Positions 9,703 through 19,513 of a stretch of DNA of 64,000 nucleotides are shown one piece after another. The translations under genes were made by a program, and so were the position numbers. The notes beneath the pieces were generated by a model. It searched no databases. It was not told the origin of the DNA and was given only the letters and a program-made list of their open reading frames with translations. Source of the DNA: a virus (lineage: Duplodnaviria; Caudoviricetes); IMG/VR virus record IMGVR_UViG_3300042542_006078. One strand, given 5' to 3'. The stretch's first letter is position 1, and every line of letters begins with the position of its first letter.

Positions 9703-10695
9703 ATGTCACTCGACTTTGAACCACTTGATCTTTCTGAAATTAACAAAGAGGCACAACGAGTTTCCGAGGAGGCCACTTCCAATGCCGGAGGAGGTGATTA
9801 CCTTGAGAAATTCGTCAAGATGCCAGATAGGGATGGCTATGTCATGCTCCGCATTCTGCCTCGCAAGAAAGGCGGAAGCGTATGGTGTGCCACCCGTGTT
9901 CACACCCTTTCCAATCCAGAAACAAGGCAGAAGAAAACCTATCATTGTCCACGCAAGTTGACAGACAGCGACAGGGGTGGTCCACCACGCTGGCTTGGAG
10001 ATTGCATTATCTGCAAGTATTACAGCGACTTGTGGCAAAGGTCTGAGAGTCTTTCAGGCAAGGCTCAGGAAGAATTGCAGAATCAAGCCCGTGCAATCAA
10101 GCCTGTCGAAAGATATTACTACAATGTCATCGTTCGTTCTGAAAAGGACAAGGATGGCAATATCAAGAAGAATGTTGGACCCAAGATTTTCTCTTGCGGC
10201 AAAACCACTCATTCCAAGATTATTCGGGCTATGAAAGGTGATGAAGCTGCTGGCGAAAAGCCATTGGGAGACATCACTCATCCCAAGGATGGTCGTGACT
10301 TCCGTGTCGTTAAGAAGGTTGTCAAAGGTGGTGGTGGTATGGAATACCCCAACTACGACAACTCTAAGTTTGAAGACCAGTCTCCCGCTGGTAGCTTGGA
10401 TGAGTTGAAGAGTTGGCTTGATAGCCTTCACGATTTGCAAGCCTTAAGGGCAATCAAGTCTGCGGATGAACTCAAGCATGCTCTCAAGGTTCACTTGGGA
10501 ATGGTAAGGGAAAGCTCGAACTCAAATGACAGCGATCTGAGCGAGTTCAGAAATACAAATCCAGTTAAGGCCAAGCCTGCTGAAGCGATTCGTGAAGAAC
10601 TTGTAGTAAGCACAACTCCTGTTTCCAAGGAAGAAACTAAGGAAAACGAGGATTTGGCTGATGATGACTTCCTAAAAGAACTCAATGGTATGTAA
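9703..10695 (+). CDS. T4 gp32-like single-stranded DNA-binding protein
   Basis: GYVMLRILP; H...YHCP...DCIICKYY zinc site; acidic C-terminal tail ADDDFLKELNGM. Confidence 0.8.
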   Translation: MSLDFEPLDLSEINKEAQRVSEEATSNAGGGDYLEKFVKMPDRDGYVMLRILPRKKGGSVWCATRVHTLSNPETRQKKTYHCPRKLTDSDRGGPPRWLGDCIICKYYSDLWQRSESLSGKAQEELQNQARAIKPVERYYYNVIVRSEKDKDGNIKKNVGPKIFSCGKTTHSKIIRAMKGDEAAGEKPLGDITHPKDGRDFRVVKKVVKGGGGMEYPNYDNSKFEDQSPAGSLDELKSWLDSLHDLQALRAIKSADELKHALKVHLGMVRESSNSNDSDLSEFRNTNPVKAKPAEAIREELVVSTTPVSKEETKENEDLADDDFLKELNGM

Positions 10696-10698
10696 CCC

Positions 10699-10746
10699 AA
10701 ATAAGTACTGCCCAGATTTTTGTCTGGGCAGTACTTATTTTTTCTT
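10699..10746 (+). terminator. Intrinsic terminator
   Basis: 18-bp perfect stem AAATAAGTACTGCCCAGA/TCTGGGCAGTACTTATTT followed by T tract. Confidence 0.8.
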
Positions 10747-10773
10747 TCACTTACGAATAAAGGAAGGCAGACC

Positions 10774-11991
10774 ATGGCTAAGAAAAAGGCATCTGAAGGC
10801 GTTGATGATAGTTTCTTTTGTGATTTGGCAGAGGAAACAGGAGGCGATGTCCTTGATCAAATTGATTCAGTTAAATATTTTGTGGACACTGGTAGCCTAG
10901 CTCTGAACTATATTTGTTCGGGCAAGTTCATTACTGGTGGAATACCCGGTGGCAAACTCACCGAAATTTATGGTCCAAACAGTTCATCAAAGTCTCTTTT
11001 GGGTGCCAATATTCTTTTCGGCACACAGAAGATGAAAGGAGTTCCAGTCCTCATGGACTGCGAAAACAGTGCAAACAAGGAATTCATTCAGTTGGCAAGC
11101 CATTGCAACTTGAAGAGAATTGTGCGACACACTCCAGAAACCTTGGAAGATGTGTTTGCAAAAATGTACAAAGTAATCGAAGCCGCAAGGCAAAAGACAA
11201 GTAATGATGTTCCAATAGTCATTGTTTATGACTCGATTGGAGTAAGTCCTTCTGCCCGTGAATTGCGTGAAGTTGCTCTTCCAGAAAACTTCACGAAAGA
11301 GCAATTCAAGAAGATAGTTGGAGGTAATGAGCAACCCGGTGAAAGGGCCAAAATTTGCTCTAGAGAACTGCGAAAACTCAACACTGTCATGGAGAAACAC
11401 AACGCAACAGTTGTGATTCTCAACCAAACTCGTGATAAGATTGGAACTTACATTCCAACCAAAACCACGGCTGGTGGAGGAAACGCTCTTCCTTTCTACG
11501 CTTCTTGCCGTCTTGAAACCAAGACAATGCAGAAAATAGAAAAGAAGTTAAGCGCCAAGAAAAAGAAAATCTTGGGCATTAATGTGAAGCTCAAGAATGT
11601 AAAAAACAAGACTCACAGACCTTTTGTCGAGTCTGAAAATGTCCAGTTGTTGTTCGATAAGGGAATCAATCCAATCAGCGGACTACTTTCTTGCCTTCTT
11701 GATTCAGACAGGATCGAGATATCAGGAACTGGATCATTTAAGGTAAAGCCTGCTTTTTCCAATGGCGAGGAAGTAAAGTTCCGGGCCAGTATGGATAGAA
11801 ATGATGTCCCTATGGATATTCTTCTAAAATGCCCATCACTCATTGATGCATCCTCAACTAAGGAAGTTGAAGATTATCTTGAGCCCTACAAGGAAGCAAT
11901 CGCTGGAAGAGCAGAAGATGATTCTGATGTAGAATTGTCAGAAGTCGATTCTCTCAGCGATGATAGCATTGACGAGGAATTGGAAGGTTGA
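10774..11991 (+). CDS. recA: RecA/UvsX recombinase
   Basis: DTGSLALN, GGIPGGKLTEIYGPNSSSKS, IVYDSIG, ILNQTRDKIG, GGNALPFYASCRLE; start refined to MAKKK. Confidence 0.92.
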   Translation: MAKKKASEGVDDSFFCDLAEETGGDVLDQIDSVKYFVDTGSLALNYICSGKFITGGIPGGKLTEIYGPNSSSKSLLGANILFGTQKMKGVPVLMDCENSANKEFIQLASHCNLKRIVRHTPETLEDVFAKMYKVIEAARQKTSNDVPIVIVYDSIGVSPSARELREVALPENFTKEQFKKIVGGNEQPGERAKICSRELRKLNTVMEKHNATVVILNQTRDKIGTYIPTKTTAGGGNALPFYASCRLETKTMQKIEKKLSAKKKKILGINVKLKNVKNKTHRPFVESENVQLLFDKGINPISGLLSCLLDSDRIEISGTGSFKVKPAFSNGEEVKFRASMDRNDVPMDILLKCPSLIDASSTKEVEDYLEPYKEAIAGRAEDDSDVELSEVDSLSDDSIDEELEG

Positions 11992-12011
11992 TCGTAACCT
12001 TATGATAAATT

Positions 12012-12051
12012 AAAAAACCTCTGACTATGAAAATTAGTCAGAGGTTTTTTT
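12012..12051. terminator. Bidirectional intrinsic terminator
   Basis: AAAAAACCTCTGACTA-N7-TAGTCAGAGGTTTTTT between convergent genes. Confidence 0.85.
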
Positions 12052-12056
12052 GTTAT

Positions 12057-12524
12057 TTAAGAAATCTTGTAATTACCAGCAGAGATTTTAGTGAAATTAT
12101 AGCCTTCTTTTTTTAATTCATTTTTGACTTGATTGAAACAACTGTTGATTGCGGCTGTTCCAAATCCTTTCTTGTCGTATCTTCTTTTCAAATCTTCAAT
12201 GCTAACAGTTTTTTTTGAAAGTAGTTTTCTTCTGATATAGTTTTTTATATTTTGATTTGTTGTATTTTTATTTGTTATATTTTGATTATCTTCTCTGGTA
12301 ATCATTTTGTTTTCGATAAGAGTGTACTCATATTTTTGATTTTTTTGCTTTGGATTACAGAAGGCTGGAACTAACTCATCAAGATCGATGACATTGCCAT
12401 TTTTCATGTTTACAAGAGACATGTTGGCTTTGAAACTATTGCAGAACTCTATGAGTTGGTTGAAATTTTTTTGATGGGTGAAGAATTTGCGTTTGTCCTT
12501 GAGTTCAATTAAAAGACACTTCAT
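12057..12524 (-). CDS. Hypothetical basic protein
   Basis: 155-aa ORF with GGAG SD. Confidence 0.65.
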   Translation of the reverse strand: MKCLLIELKDKRKFFTHQKNFNQLIEFCNSFKANMSLVNMKNGNVIDLDELVPAFCNPKQKNQKYEYTLIENKMITREDNQNITNKNTTNQNIKNYIRRKLLSKKTVSIEDLKRRYDKKGFGTAAINSCFNQVKNELKKEGYNFTKISAGNYKIS

Positions 12525-12667
12525 GATTTGCTCCGTGATTTAGCTGTTTGGTGTTTGCAGCAAGTTATTTGGGTTTTAATCTTCTGCACAACACAATTAT
12601 AGGTATTTACAAACAAAATACTACTTGCCTTTTACTTTCTCTTATAATAGATGGTGGGAGGTTTTCG

Positions 12668-13690
12668 ATGGATTCATACAAAGAAAAAATCGATTTGAAT
12701 TACCTCCGCAGATTTGGCGCAGAAATCGAAATCAATGCTTTTGATTTTAGAAGTAGGCCAGTTGGGCATGGTGAAGGCAAGTTGCCAGAAGGCACATACT
12801 ATGTAGCCAACTTGGTTCAAAAATCATCAGAAAATACAGTAAAAATTCACAAATGGAGTTATGATCACAACAACACATCATGGATAATCAAGCCAGATAG
12901 TAGTTGCGGCATTGAAATCTGCACTCCAGTCCTTAAAGGCTGGATTGGTCTAATGGAAACTTGTAGGGTTATTGAGGCTCTTGGTAACGACAAGAAGGTA
13001 AATGCCGATGACCGTTGCAGTTTCCATGTTCATGTTGATGTGAGCGATTTAACTGAACAAGAAGTGGCAACAATTATTACTTGGTGGGTAAAATGCGAGC
13101 CTGTTTTCATGGATTCTGTTCCAATACTCAGGAAAAGAAATCAATATTGCCAACTTTTAGGTCAGTCGGATATATTTGAAAAAGTAGAAGATAGCTTTCA
13201 TGCAAATGATTATCTAATCAGAAGACTAGGATCTTGCAAATACTATACAATCAACACTTACCATTATCACAACAATAAAAGAAAGACAATTGAATTCCGC
13301 ATTATGGATGGAGATTGCTGTCTCGACCCATGGATTGCTAAGAATTATATTCGACTTTTGCTGCATTTCATTGAAAGGTCATTGAAATTTGGAATGCCAA
13401 ATAATTATTTTGAGGGAGATAAGTGGTCAGGTTACTGCTGGCTGGACCCCAAAGATGTTTTTGATTTCCTTGGATTCAACAAAAAGACTGATTTAAGTCT
13501 GGGAGCCAAGCAAGTTTACGAATGGTTTCTTGATAGGCTTCACTTAAATTGTAATTATTCATTGAATCATGGAATAATGGGCAATAACGCAAGGCGTTAT
13601 GCCCAGAAGGAAATAGAAGAAATGTGTTTTGAATATGGAAATATGTCGGTCGATTACGATGATATATTTAATTTCAAATATCGTATATAA
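12668..13690 (+). CDS. Putative amidoligase (Amidoligase_2-like)
   Basis: FGAEIE, WIIKPDSS, GIEICTPVL, CSFHVHV, KTIEFRI; start refined by SD GGAGG. Confidence 0.75.
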   Translation: MDSYKEKIDLNYLRRFGAEIEINAFDFRSRPVGHGEGKLPEGTYYVANLVQKSSENTVKIHKWSYDHNNTSWIIKPDSSCGIEICTPVLKGWIGLMETCRVIEALGNDKKVNADDRCSFHVHVDVSDLTEQEVATIITWWVKCEPVFMDSVPILRKRNQYCQLLGQSDIFEKVEDSFHANDYLIRRLGSCKYYTINTYHYHNNKRKTIEFRIMDGDCCLDPWIAKNYIRLLLHFIERSLKFGMPNNYFEGDKWSGYCWLDPKDVFDFLGFNKKTDLSLGAKQVYEWFLDRLHLNCNYSLNHGIMGNNARRYAQKEIEEMCFEYGNMSVDYDDIFNFKYRI

Positions 13691-13710
13691 TTAAGGCATG
13701 GCTATCATGT

Positions 13711-13736
13711 CTTGAAAATCCGTCATTAGATGGCGG
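13711..13736 (+). repeat. Solitary CRISPR-repeat-like hairpin A
   Basis: CTTGAAAAT-CCGTC-ATTAGAT-GGCGG versus repeat CTTAGAAAT-CCGTC-N7-GACGG; 7 nt before ATG 13744. Confidence 0.65.
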
Positions 13737-13743
13737 GAGGCTT

Positions 13744-14211
13744 ATGTACCCTTATAAGCAACAGGTTTTGGATGAAATCGCAAAGGAAATGAAATCCTTG
13801 GGAGAGGTTCTTGTTCCTTTTAATTATCCCAAAATGCCTGTAGGCATCTGGGAGGATGATTTGGGAATATTCAAAGCAAGACAAGTCACAATCGACGGTT
13901 ACTCTCTTTTTTTGCATTACCAAAAATCGGATTATGACAATTATTTGATTGAAACTTTGCAAATACACAACCTCAAAAGCCCATTCCTTCCTTTTAATTT
14001 GATTTGTAAAATAGGAAGAAGATTCTTGGGAAGCAAAAATCTTTCCCTTATTGAAATTTACAAAGAACACAGGAAAATATACATTTGGTCATTATGTTCA
14101 GATAGGCAAGGAAAATCTATGCCTATTCCAGAACAAAACAACACAGAATCATGTGAATTTGAGGGATTGCAATACACTTATATGCAACCTCAAAATATTG
14201 ATTTTTTCTAA
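13744..14211 (+). CDS. Hypothetical protein
   Basis: 155 aa, SD GGAGG. Confidence 0.75.
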   Translation: MYPYKQQVLDEIAKEMKSLGEVLVPFNYPKMPVGIWEDDLGIFKARQVTIDGYSLFLHYQKSDYDNYLIETLQIHNLKSPFLPFNLICKIGRRFLGSKNLSLIEIYKEHRKIYIWSLCSDRQGKSMPIPEQNNTESCEFEGLQYTYMQPQNIDFF

Positions 14212-14312
14212 ACATGTAGTTCGGTTAGAAGATTTTTTCAATCAGTATTTAATCACAATATATACCCTTGTAGCGTCAACTCAGGACGCTTTCCTTTAAC
14301 GAGGGTCTAAAC

Positions 14313-14612
14313 ATGAAAAAGAAAAAAATTCAGTCTCTTATCATAGACCATTTAATGAAACATGGTCAGATTGAAATACTTTTACCAGATGGCGTTAAAT
14401 TGGAAATTGGCACAACACAAGAAAATCAAAAAGGCGAACTTGTTAGAAAAGACGATTACTGCTGGGTTATCACATCAAGGGAAGGAAGATCGACAAGTTT
14501 GGATGCTTACAACATGGGTCTTAGGTTCAACGATGATGAAAAGGTTCTTGTTTTTGAAGACAAGTTCATTGACCAAGAAGGCGATCACATCAGAAGATTT
14601 GATGTTGTTTAA
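14313..14612 (+). CDS. Hypothetical protein
   Basis: 99 aa, SD GAGG. Confidence 0.7.
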   Translation: MKKKKIQSLIIDHLMKHGQIEILLPDGVKLEIGTTQENQKGELVRKDDYCWVITSREGRSTSLDAYNMGLRFNDDEKVLVFEDKFIDQEGDHIRRFDVV

Positions 14613-14938
14613 TTAATGTGACCATTAATGTTAATTAATTTAAGTTGACCATGATGATTCAATAAAACCTCCAATGTCCCCTCGGCATAATTATTCTTGG
14701 GGGCTATTGGAGCATTGAACTCAATCCATATAAGAAATCCATTCGGAGAATAGTAAAACCTAGATATGGTTATTCTCACTCCTTTGTTTTTGATTTGTTC
14801 GCCAGATATAATTTCAAGGTGACTGGCATTTTCTTGTACTTGTTTAAGTGCATATGCCATCAACTTTGAACTGTCAATAAAGTGTGTCCAGTTGGCAATG
14901 AGGATTTTTTCCAATTTGTCAGCATCAAAAATGTCCAC
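14609..14938 (-). CDS. Hypothetical protein
   Basis: 109-aa ORF, GGAG upstream. Confidence 0.6.
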   Translation of the reverse strand: MDIFDADKLEKILIANWTHFIDSSKLMAYALKQVQENASHLEIISGEQIKNKGVRITISRFYYSPNGFLIWIEFNAPIAPKNNYAEGTLEVLLNHHGQLKLININGHIN

Positions 14939-14962
14939 ACTATCGCTCCATAGAGGTATGTC

Positions 14963-15217
14963 ATGAAAAAGCCTGAAGTATATCTAAAAGAGTTCTGCCT
15001 TAAACTTTCCGATGACAATCTTCGTTTCCTTCACGGCAGATTAAGCCAAAGACTAGGAGGAGATCTTGCCGAAGCTGTTGATTTTCTAGGCGGTATTCGT
15101 GAGATCGATAAGTGGTTTGCAACAGCTTCGACTTGCAATGACTTCTACGATATGGTAGATCATATCTTCTTCGCAGTGAATAAAGAACATGAGAAGAGAT
15201 CAGGGGTTGCTGCTTGA
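14963..15217 (+). CDS. Hypothetical protein
   Basis: 84 aa, SD GAGG. Confidence 0.7.
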   Translation: MKKPEVYLKEFCLKLSDDNLRFLHGRLSQRLGGDLAEAVDFLGGIREIDKWFATASTCNDFYDMVDHIFFAVNKEHEKRSGVAA

Positions 15218-15435
15218 TTAAGTACGCATTGCATCTAATTCCAATGAGCCTTGCTGGCATTGCTGGCTTGGCTCTTGGTTTTTGCTGGGGAAGATTTCAC
15301 GGCTATCGTGAAGGAGCCGCAGACACCATTATTATGTTCGACAGCTTTGACCGAGAAACAAATAAAAATGATGTTCGACGATTCAAAGAAAACAAAAAAA
15401 TCCTCGATATGTTCGCAGACCAAATTCCATATTGA
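15214..15435 (+). CDS. Small membrane protein
   Basis: N-terminal hydrophobic helix; coupled to previous gene. Confidence 0.55.
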   Translation: MIKYALHLIPMSLAGIAGLALGFCWGRFHGYREGAADTIIMFDSFDRETNKNDVRRFKENKKILDMFADQIPY

Positions 15436-15481
15436 AAACCCTGATTAATTTGCTATAATCAAAAAAAATCAAGAGGTCTTC

Positions 15482-17497
15482 ATGCCACCAATCATCAAAG
15501 TTTCTGATCAAGATGTTTGCGTAGCCACATTAGAATATCCATTCGCTAAATGGAAATTTGAAAAATTCAACCCTGTCCAAAGCAGGGTTATGGAATTTTA
15601 TAACCAAGATTGCAATGCCCTTGTCGCCGCAAGAACGAGTGCTGGTAAAACAGTAGTGGCAGAGCAGTTCCTCGCTCAAGAAATCCGTGAAAGAGGAGGA
15701 AAAGGAATGTTCCTTGCCCCTCTCAGAGCCTTAGCTCGTGAAAAGGTAACAGATTGGACAAACCCAGAATATCACTTCTCTGATCAAAAAATAAGCATAT
15801 GTACAGGCGACTTCAGACTCACCAAAGAAAGAGCAAAAGAACTTAATGAAGCTAATATTATCATCATGACAAGCGAAATGCTTAGTCATAGAAGCCGATG
15901 TCATACATCAGAACAAAGTAATTTTCTTAAAGAAGTAGGCACACTCATCATCGATGAAAGCCATTTGCTCACAGTTAAAGGTCGAGGAGATCATCTTGAG
16001 GTTGGATTGATGAAATTCACACAAATCAATCCCAATTCCAGACTCGTTCTTCTCTCTGCAACAATGCCAAATGTTGAAGAAATATCAGAATGGGTTAGCT
16101 ATAGTCTAAATCAAAAGAACACTTATGTTCTGCGATCTGATTATAGACCAGTACCTTTAACAGTTCACTATGAATCTTATGATGATGATATCAGGGGATA
16201 TGATGCGTTAGAAAGAGAAAAAGTAAATAAAGCTTTGGACATCATTGATTGGTACAAAGATGATAAATTTCTTGTTTTTTCTCACACCAAGAGAACCGGC
16301 GAATTGATGAAGAAGGAATTAAAGTCAGCAGGAATTGATTGTCAATTTCATAATGCTGATCTAGAATCCTCTGAAAGAGCAAAGGTTGAAGATAGATTCA
16401 AGAACGATCCTAAGTTCAGAGTAATTGTTGCAACAAGCACATTGGCTTGGGGCCTAAATATGCCCGCTCGTCGTGTCATCATTCTTGGAGTCCATCGTGG
16501 TGTCGATGAGGTTGAATCTCACGACATCCTTCAAATGATCGGTCGATCAGGAAGATATGGTATTGATCCAATGGGAGATGCCTATATTCTTGTTCCAGAA
16601 AGCAAAGTCAATAATTACAAATCAAAATATAGCAAATCAAATAGAATCGAGTCTCAACTTTTAGAAAATGTAGGCGGAAAGTACAAAACCCTTGCTTTCC
16701 ACTTAGTAAGTGAAATTTCCTTTGGCGGAATTGAAACTACAGATGATGTCAACAAATGGTTCAAAAGGTCTCTTGCTTTTTTCCAAAACAAGGCATTGAG
16801 CGATAATGTCATTGATTCAACATTGGAATTATTGAAAAAATGTGGGGCAATTGTAGAGGAAGATGGCAAGTGGAAAGCCAAAACTATTGGTAAAGTGGCC
16901 AGTATGTTCTACATGAGTCCATTTGATGTGAGCCACTTGTATTTCAACTTTTCTAAATTATTTGATTTGAATAAGCAAGATGATGATCACGCTTTGTCTC
17001 TTGCTATTGGTAACATTGATAGCCAAATGTCAAATATTGTAAATAAATTAGAAAAGGAAGAAATGAGCCTTTACGCTAATAAGGCAAAAATGCAAAATGG
17101 TTTTCTTTTGGACGGAGCAATCAAGGCTGGTTATGCATATTATTGTCTTTTGAGCGGAACCAATTCGCAGGCTTTAGCAAGTTTTCAAAGAGGCATTCAG
17201 CAAGATTTCAATAGATTGAGTCAGGTTTTGATTGCATTGGATAGTATGAGTGGTTCTTGGAATAAGGCTGGATGGTTCAAGACATTGGAAGGGAGAATTG
17301 CTTATGGTGTTCCTGTACATTTAATTGATCTTTGCAAAATTGAAAATATTGGCAAGGTTCGTGCGAACAAGTTGTATGATGCTGGAGTTAAAACTGCCAA
17401 GGATATCGCATCATGCGATCCTCAGAAGTTGTCTAAGATTATCAATATGAAAATCGATGCAGTCAACAAAATGATCAAACAGGCTCAAGGTTTGTAA
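15482..17497 (+). CDS. Ski2/Hel308-like SF2 helicase with C-terminal HhH
   Basis: FNPVQ Q-motif, ARTSAGKT, DESH, LSAT, TSTLAWGLNMPA, QMIGRSGR, IENIGKVRA. Confidence 0.9.
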   Translation: MPPIIKVSDQDVCVATLEYPFAKWKFEKFNPVQSRVMEFYNQDCNALVAARTSAGKTVVAEQFLAQEIRERGGKGMFLAPLRALAREKVTDWTNPEYHFSDQKISICTGDFRLTKERAKELNEANIIIMTSEMLSHRSRCHTSEQSNFLKEVGTLIIDESHLLTVKGRGDHLEVGLMKFTQINPNSRLVLLSATMPNVEEISEWVSYSLNQKNTYVLRSDYRPVPLTVHYESYDDDIRGYDALEREKVNKALDIIDWYKDDKFLVFSHTKRTGELMKKELKSAGIDCQFHNADLESSERAKVEDRFKNDPKFRVIVATSTLAWGLNMPARRVIILGVHRGVDEVESHDILQMIGRSGRYGIDPMGDAYILVPESKVNNYKSKYSKSNRIESQLLENVGGKYKTLAFHLVSEISFGGIETTDDVNKWFKRSLAFFQNKALSDNVIDSTLELLKKCGAIVEEDGKWKAKTIGKVASMFYMSPFDVSHLYFNFSKLFDLNKQDDDHALSLAIGNIDSQMSNIVNKLEKEEMSLYANKAKMQNGFLLDGAIKAGYAYYCLLSGTNSQALASFQRGIQQDFNRLSQVLIALDSMSGSWNKAGWFKTLEGRIAYGVPVHLIDLCKIENIGKVRANKLYDAGVKTAKDIASCDPQKLSKIINMKIDAVNKMIKQAQGL

Positions 17498-18555
17498 TGC
17501 ACTTTCTTTATTCTTGAAAGGACTTGCTTTTCTAGCATTCTTCTGCGAAAAGCTGGCGGTGTTGGATTGCCACCAGAGCATGCTTTTTTTGCTTGAAAAA
17601 TATCACGCTGACCTGCTAAACCACCATAGCCATAAAAATATCCAAAATATCCACCTGAACAACCACCTTGAGAGCCCATATACATCCAAATAGCGCAATC
17701 TACATCGAAACTACAGTCTGTCGTAAAAGGTAATGTTTGTGCTGGATAAGTATAATCGGCACCAATGCCAAAACTATATGCTGTAAAGCTTGGAATACTT
17801 GTTGGTAAAATGTTATAGTGAAATGCTAAAAAATCACCACCATTTACCGGAATTTCATTATGGCCATAGTAAAATTTTTGGTTGCAATTGGTTTCTGTTT
17901 TGAGTACAACAAAAACAAAAGCTTGTCTACCTGCTCCATCCAGTAAACAATTTTCATCAGGATCAGACGATCTACAATTCCAGCCGCAGTAAGGTATTGT
18001 GGGTTTTCCACACCCTTCTGGCCACGGACCAACACTTGGATCAGTTAAATAACTAGATAAAAATCCAACTTCAGTTAAAGATGCAGGCGGGGCAAAATAC
18101 CCGTACCACCATAAATCTTTACGAGTCCATTCTCCCATTTTTATTTTTACGGTCCCAGAATTAGCTACTACTCCCCCCAAAGAGCAGCAGCATTCCTCAA
18201 AATTAATTTCAACGCTATATATTGATGCTTGATAAAAGCGACAAAAGTAAAAGGGAACGCCGCTAATAAGTGGATTAAAAGGAAAATCATCATTTTCAAG
18301 TGGAGGATTATAATTACTAGTTCCTCCAAGGGCAATTCTACTGAAACATTGATTATTAGCTGGGTTATACGATGGTTCCGTAGGCAAGGTGCAAGGAGTG
18401 CAGCAATTTGTAAATGTATTGTATAAATTGTAATAGTTGCTATAAATATAACTATTGCAAGTTGAATACGGGCAAAAACAACCACCTAGTCCTAAAGTTC
18501 CCGGCTGTAATCCTCCATTGGTAAATGGAGTTCTATAAGGGGGATTACAAGGCAT
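17485..18555 (-). CDS. Cys/Gly/Tyr/Pro-rich protein, possibly a virion component
   Basis: 356 aa, many Cys pairs, SD AAGGA. Confidence 0.65.
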   Translation of the reverse strand: MPCNPPYRTPFTNGGLQPGTLGLGGCFCPYSTCNSYIYSNYYNLYNTFTNCCTPCTLPTEPSYNPANNQCFSRIALGGTSNYNPPLENDDFPFNPLISGVPFYFCRFYQASIYSVEINFEECCCSLGGVVANSGTVKIKMGEWTRKDLWWYGYFAPPASLTEVGFLSSYLTDPSVGPWPEGCGKPTIPYCGWNCRSSDPDENCLLDGAGRQAFVFVVLKTETNCNQKFYYGHNEIPVNGGDFLAFHYNILPTSIPSFTAYSFGIGADYTYPAQTLPFTTDCSFDVDCAIWMYMGSQGGCSGGYFGYFYGYGGLAGQRDIFQAKKACSGGNPTPPAFRRRMLEKQVLSRIKKVHYKP

Positions 18556-18825
18556 TTATTTCCTTTCTTGTCCGAAAAATTCGGTTGGGTATTCGACTTT
18601 TACAATTCCATTTCCATCAACTTTATTTCCATTTTCATCTTCTACCCACCATCTAACTTGATTGACGGGTATATTTAGTTCATCGAGATGGCATTTGTCA
18701 CGGGTGAGGACAGGCATGTGATATTCTTGTCCTTCAATTAAGACTGCAACTTTACATTCTTTTTTTTCATTGTTGTAAAGGAGGCAGTTTCCGCAAATTT
18801 TCTCTATTTCTTTTTTCTTGGCCAT
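18556..18825 (-). CDS. Hypothetical protein with CxxC
   Basis: ICGNCLLY...ECKV...KC. Confidence 0.65.
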   Translation of the reverse strand: MAKKKEIEKICGNCLLYNNEKKECKVAVLIEGQEYHMPVLTRDKCHLDELNIPVNQVRWWVEDENGNKVDGNGIVKVEYPTEFFGQERK

Positions 18826-18865
18826 CGTGTAAACTCCATTTATAATTTATTATAGGGAGAATGCT

Positions 18866-19513
18866 ATGAAAGTTATTGGATGTACATCGCAACTTGCCAT
18901 GGGAAAAGACACTTTTTGTGACTATCTGGCAATAAAACTCAATCAATATGACATAAAGTGGACTAGGGGAGCATTTGCCAATGCTGTCAAAGAAACATTT
19001 TGCAATGCTTTTGGGGTTGACCGTGATTTTATAGAAAAATGGAAAAGAATTCCAGAAAATCCTCCCGGTTTCCTTATGCCAATTCGTCAATGTCTTCAAT
19101 TTATTGGAGATGGATATCGCAAGATTCGTGATGAAATTTGGATTGAAATTGCTTTAAGGGATAATGGTCAAAACCTCATCATTAGTGATGGAAGATATTT
19201 CAATGAAGCCAAGAGAATAAAGGAAAAAGATGGAATTATGTTTTTGATTTATAGGCCGGGTTATTTGAATAATGATCCTAATCCTAGTGAATCGCAGATA
19301 AGACCTTTGTTGGATTGGGCGAAAAATAATTTGAATGAAGGTCCAATTGACCATCAACAAATCCTAATGCATCATCATGTTTCGACACCTTCAGAATTGA
19401 TGTATTTTGATTATTATTTAGTCAATGATGGTTCTATAGAGGATTTTTATGAAAAGATTCAAGAGAAAGTAGTTCCATATATTTTGCAGACTAAAATGTA
19501 TCAAAAAAAATGA
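18866..19513 (+). CDS. Deoxynucleoside monophosphate kinase (T4 gp1-like)
   Basis: SQLAMGKDT P-loop, FANAVK, RQCLQFIGD, IISDGRYFNE. Confidence 0.8.
   Translation: MKVIGCTSQLAMGKDTFCDYLAIKLNQYDIKWTRGAFANAVKETFCNAFGVDRDFIEKWKRIPENPPGFLMPIRQCLQFIGDGYRKIRDEIWIEIALRDNGQNLIISDGRYFNEAKRIKEKDGIMFLIYRPGYLNNDPNPSESQIRPLLDWAKNNLNEGPIDHQQILMHHHVSTPSELMYFDYYLVNDGSIEDFYEKIQEKVVPYILQTKMYQKK

Noticed and set aside
10960-11000. RecA Walker A GPNSSSKS lacks the second Gly
   Set aside because: Phage UvsX-type recombinases commonly deviate here (T4 UvsX has GPSKSFKS from memory); not evidence of inactivation.
14272-14297. AGCGTC-N7-GACGCT hairpin with apparent covariation
   Set aside because: 5' flank unlike the repeat and followed by TTTCCTTT; more simply a weak terminator. 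Worth including only in a covariance-model scan.
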